NCBI GenBank assembly: GCA_963733195.1
Contig: CAVTCR010000017.1
Span: forward strand, 40,270 to 104,269
Direction: 5' to 3'
DNA length: 64,000 nucleotides
From: an uncultured delta proteobacterium
Lineage (GTDB): Bacteria; Desulfobacterota; Binatia; Bin18
The translations under genes and the position numbers were made by a program. Position 1 is the first letter of the stretch; each line of letters opens with the position of its first letter. Shown one piece after another: positions 60,412-64,000 of the stretch. The notes beneath the pieces were generated by a model. It did not search any database and was not told where the DNA came from. It saw only the letters and a list, made by a program, of their open reading frames with translations.

Positions 60412-60852
60412 GCAGGCTTCAAACCGCAACCAGATCCACAGGAGATTCGTACACTATGTAACAACAGGTGTCGTTCCTCCGCGCGGCGATCAATCGCCGG
60501 GCGGCGAATGCCGCCGCCAATGTCCTGTGGTTCGATTTAGCGTGGGCATGACGTGTTTGTGTGCCGCTTCCCATCATTCCGGGCGAGTAACGCGAGATCT
60601 GGAATCCAGGAGCGTCCTATTTCTGCCCACCCGATTAGTGTTGCAGTGCCGTAGGGTAGGGTGAGCCCTTCGATTGGCATTGTTACGCTGCATATGCCTT
60701 CTTCGCCTTTTCCTGGTTTTCCTTTTTCTTCCCCTTCAGACTCAAGCCTACAGCCTTCTTCGCTTTCTCCATTCATCATTGAGTAAGGTCCCATTGCTCC
60801 ACAAAAATTGAGACTTCTGATTTCCCTGGGTTGCCCTTCATTTATCCCTTGA

Positions 60853-61949
60853 CAAGAGTATGCGACCCATCCATTGACGACTGAGGCAGTAGGAGATCTT
60901 TCACGATGTTCCGACTTTCGTGGACCGAAGGTTCGTAAAACAGTGACTCCTGCAACGCTGTTCCGTGGGCCGACTCCCGGAGATCTTATAGGCCCATATC
61001 TATCGCAATTCCTCTGGCTTGATGTATTGCATGGTTCGATGACGCTCACGCAACGGAGTCGTGTTCCTATCGCGAATGATGATTATATGCGCGCTTATCC
61101 TGAATGGCTGGACATTCAACGAGGCCTTCGCACCAGCACGGATTAACGTGCACGATACCACCCCCCGCTATTTGCGTAATGGTCGGGATTTAGTCGAGTA
61201 CGTCCATCGCGATTATCCCTATCAAGCGTTTCTTAACGCATGTCTGACTCTGTTTACCATGGGTGCACCATTGAAAGGAGACTATCCGTACAAGTGGTCA
61301 CTGAGCGCAAGGAAGTTTTATAACGTTTGGTCCGCCGGATGCCCTTGATTGTGTGGCCCGGGTTGCCAATCCTGCGCTGAAAGCCGAGCTGGTACCATAA
61401 ATGGTTAGTGCATCGACGGCTGCGACCAGAAGCCTTTGGGGGGATGGATCCATAACCATATGACGCGTGTGATTGAGTACCCGCTGCACGATGCGACTGT
61501 TTCCCAATGCCAAAGCACTTGATGCCATATCTCGTGCTACGGGTTCGTATCTCTTACCGATGGCTTACCCAGAAGGCTGTCCTACACACCCTGCCTATCC
61601 GGCTGGACACGCAACTATCGCTGGAGCCTGTACCACAGTGTTGAAGGCGTTTTTCAATGAAGCGTACACGATTCCCTCTCCTGTAATAGTGAGTTCTGAT
61701 GGTCTTCTCACTCGGTCCCATATCGAGGAACGGCTCTGACAGTTGGGGAGAGCTGAATAAGCTCGCTTCCAACATTGCTCTCGGGCGTGATACTGCCGGT
61801 TTGTGCATTGGCGGTCTGATGGAATCGAAGGACTAAAGCTTGGTGAAGCCGTAGCGATGAAGGTGCTTGCTCACCTCCGCACTACCTATCCAGAACACTT
61901 TGACGGGTTTCGTTTCACCAAGTTCGATGGCACCAGCACGTCTGTGTAA
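60853..61949 (+). pseudogene. Vanadium-dependent haloperoxidase, 5'-truncated with multiple frameshifts
   Basis: LFRG..GPYLSQF, RYLRNGRDL, KW.VHRRLRPE, HPAYPAGHATIAGAC, GELNKLASNIALGR, HWRSD. Confidence 0.8.
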
Positions 61950-62165
61950 TGGAACCGGAACCAAATTAGAAAAGGTGGCCCGGGTTCGCTTCTGCCAGTG
62001 ACATAATCTGATAGATTATTGAACTCTTTAACTCCGCCGTTCTCGCAGCGATGCTGCTTAGAAAGAAAGTCTTCTGCTCGATGTCTTGCCCTCTGGATGC
62101 TCGCTGATCTCAACACGGTCTAATTTATTAGACAACACGGCGCTCTTTTTGTATAGGGTGCGCCC

Positions 62166-63965
62166 ATGAATACACACATTGACCTGGCATCCCTCCTTGA
62201 AAGTGCTGATCGACGTACCCTTGCTGCGGTTGTGACTCACTTGGCGAATGATCCGAAAGCGGTTCCGACCTCCGAGACCGCGCGCAGATTGAAGGGCTGG
62301 CCGCACGGCTGCTGCCACATATGTCGCTGGCGAGAACGGCAGGTCCACCAAGTGACAAGGTTCTCCAGGCCGCGATGAGCCTGGCCGCAGGTGTGGAAGT
62401 CCCAGCCGAGTACCGCCCGATGGTACGTGAACAGATGGATGGGGCCGACTGTCGCTCCCGAGCCACTAAATCCACCTTCTGACTCCAATGTCATGATTAT
62501 CGGTGAGGCGTACAGGTGTCCTCGCCGGGCTCAAACTCGATCAGTTGGGACTGTCGTTGTTTACTATTCTTGAGAAAACCCTGAGCCCGGCGGCACTTGG
62601 TGGCAGAACAGTTATCCAGGATGTCGAGTCGAATTCCAAGTTTGCTGTACTCGTATTCATTCGCGCCAGATCCTGGATGGCCCGAGCATTCAGCCATCAG
62701 CCTGATCTGTTGAATTACGTGAAAACGATCGCCGCGGCCGACAATTTTCGCGATCGCTTGCAATGCGGAACAACCGTCGAGCCATGACCTGGAACGATAA
62801 ACGTGCCATATGGGATCTTGATGTACGACGCGGTGACGGTTCAACTGAACGTATCAGCGCAAATTTCGTCATCGGCGCGACTGGCTTCTGCGGATTGCAA
62901 GTTCCCCACGATTGATGGAATCGAAGATTCGCAGGACCCTCGTTCCATTCGACCCATTGGAACCATGATGTCGACTTAACTGGTAAGCGCGTCGCGGTGA
63001 TCGGACCGGCGCTAGCGCAAACCAGATCGTCCCGGCTATTGCTCCAAAAACAGAGGTACTTGTCTATCAGCGTATCCCGCATGGATGATTCTCCACCCGC
63101 AGTTCGGCAAGGCGCTTTCTGGCTCGGAGCGCTTTCTATGAGAAATTCCTACGTACTTGTCATCGTTTCGCTTTCGGCAATTCTGGCAGATTGGTGATGC
63201 GATTTTACCGACGCTGCGGTCGATCCTAGCTGGCCACCCTGAGCGATCTGTGAATGCGGCAAATGATAAACTGCGAGGCCAGCTCACCGAATACATCAAG
63301 GCGCAGCTCGGCGATCGACCAGAGTTGATCGAGAAGGTTCTCCCGATGTATCCACCGTATGGGAAGCGGATGTTGCTTGACAATGGTTGGTATCAAGCCC
63401 TCTGTCGTGATGACGTACGGCTCATCGCTGAGCCGATTGAGCGCATTACAGCCGATGGAATCACGACGAGTGCAGGTCACGACCAAGTTGACGTGATCGT
63501 CTTCGCTTCCGGGTTCGATACTGGTCGGGTGCTGTGGCCTATCCAATATAACGGGGTGCAATGGCATCGACGTGCGCAAACAGCTCGATGAGCGCTTGGA
63601 GACCTATCAAGGTATGGCCTTGGCGCATTGTCCGAATCTTTTTATCTCGCCTGGACCGAATGGGACGCCCGGTCACGCGGGATTGTGGATATTTTTCGCC
63701 GAGTGCCAGGTGGGCTACATCGTCGAGTGCCTGCGTACGATGTTCGAGCATAAATGGACGCGTTTGGAAGTTCGAGAGGAAGCCGTACGGGCGTTTGTCG
63801 ACGAGGTCTCGGCTGAACTTGAGCACTATGTGTGGAGCTTACCGGGCATCAGCAATTGGTTTCGGGGGTCGCGTGACCGAGTTACTGCTCTTATTCCCAA
63901 ACGGTTGGTCGACCTGGTGGCAAGAAAGTAAAGCGCCAAAACTGAGCGACTATGTTAGTGCGTGA
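62166..63965 (+). CDS. Baeyer-Villiger / flavin-containing monooxygenase (HAPMO-like), heavily frameshifted
   Basis: GTWWQNSYPGC, fingerprint FAGPSFHSTHW, GKRVAVIG, YPPYGKRMLLDNGW, DVIVFASGF, PNLF.SPGPN. Confidence 0.75.
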
Positions 63966-64000
63966 GAGGAAATGAAGCGCACATGACACGCGAACTTATT

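Noticed and set aside
521-63931. Numerous 60-200 aa overlapping or antisense ORFs in the track
   Set aside because: They are shadows of well-supported genes or out-of-frame pieces of frameshifted genes, with no independent motifs

Overview
Bacterial chromosome segment. Gene content and repeat style suggest a Deltaproteobacteria-related lineage such as Ca. Binatia (inference only). Many single-base frameshifts, including in nuoC/nuoD/nuoL and very densely after ~59 kb, point to an error-prone long-read consensus, so most 'broken' genes may be intact in vivo. From left to right: (1) a PadR-headed envelope operon with two ExbB/ExbD pairs, a TonB-like protein ending in a vWA domain and a large TPR protein; (2) an outer-membrane barrel / type-1-copper cupredoxin / HAMP-adenylate cyclase triad; (3) a decayed defence island (~11.8-20.6 kb) built on DNA-phosphorothioation (Dnd) parts (dndE without a start, SBD-HNH nuclease, DGQHR pseudogene, Dnd-associated methyltransferase fused to a peptidase-M15-like domain and partly duplicated), with several TA modules, a FimB-like recombinase stub and degenerate attC-like sites; (4) a NorD-like vWA protein, rlmE, a sigma54-type LuxR locus, an FG-GAP protein, a TolC-MacA-ABC ATPase set with no permease, metabolic genes and tldD/pmbA; (5) two tandem ExeA-ankyrin paralogues next to tRNA-Asn; (6) the core tRNA-Ser/ffs/dnaX/ybaB/recR locus; (7) a nuo operon lacking nuoB, F, G and I; (8) a DUF4143 ATPase, a vanadium haloperoxidase fragment and a Baeyer-Villiger monooxygenase. 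All family assignments come from motif recognition by eye; no searches were run.
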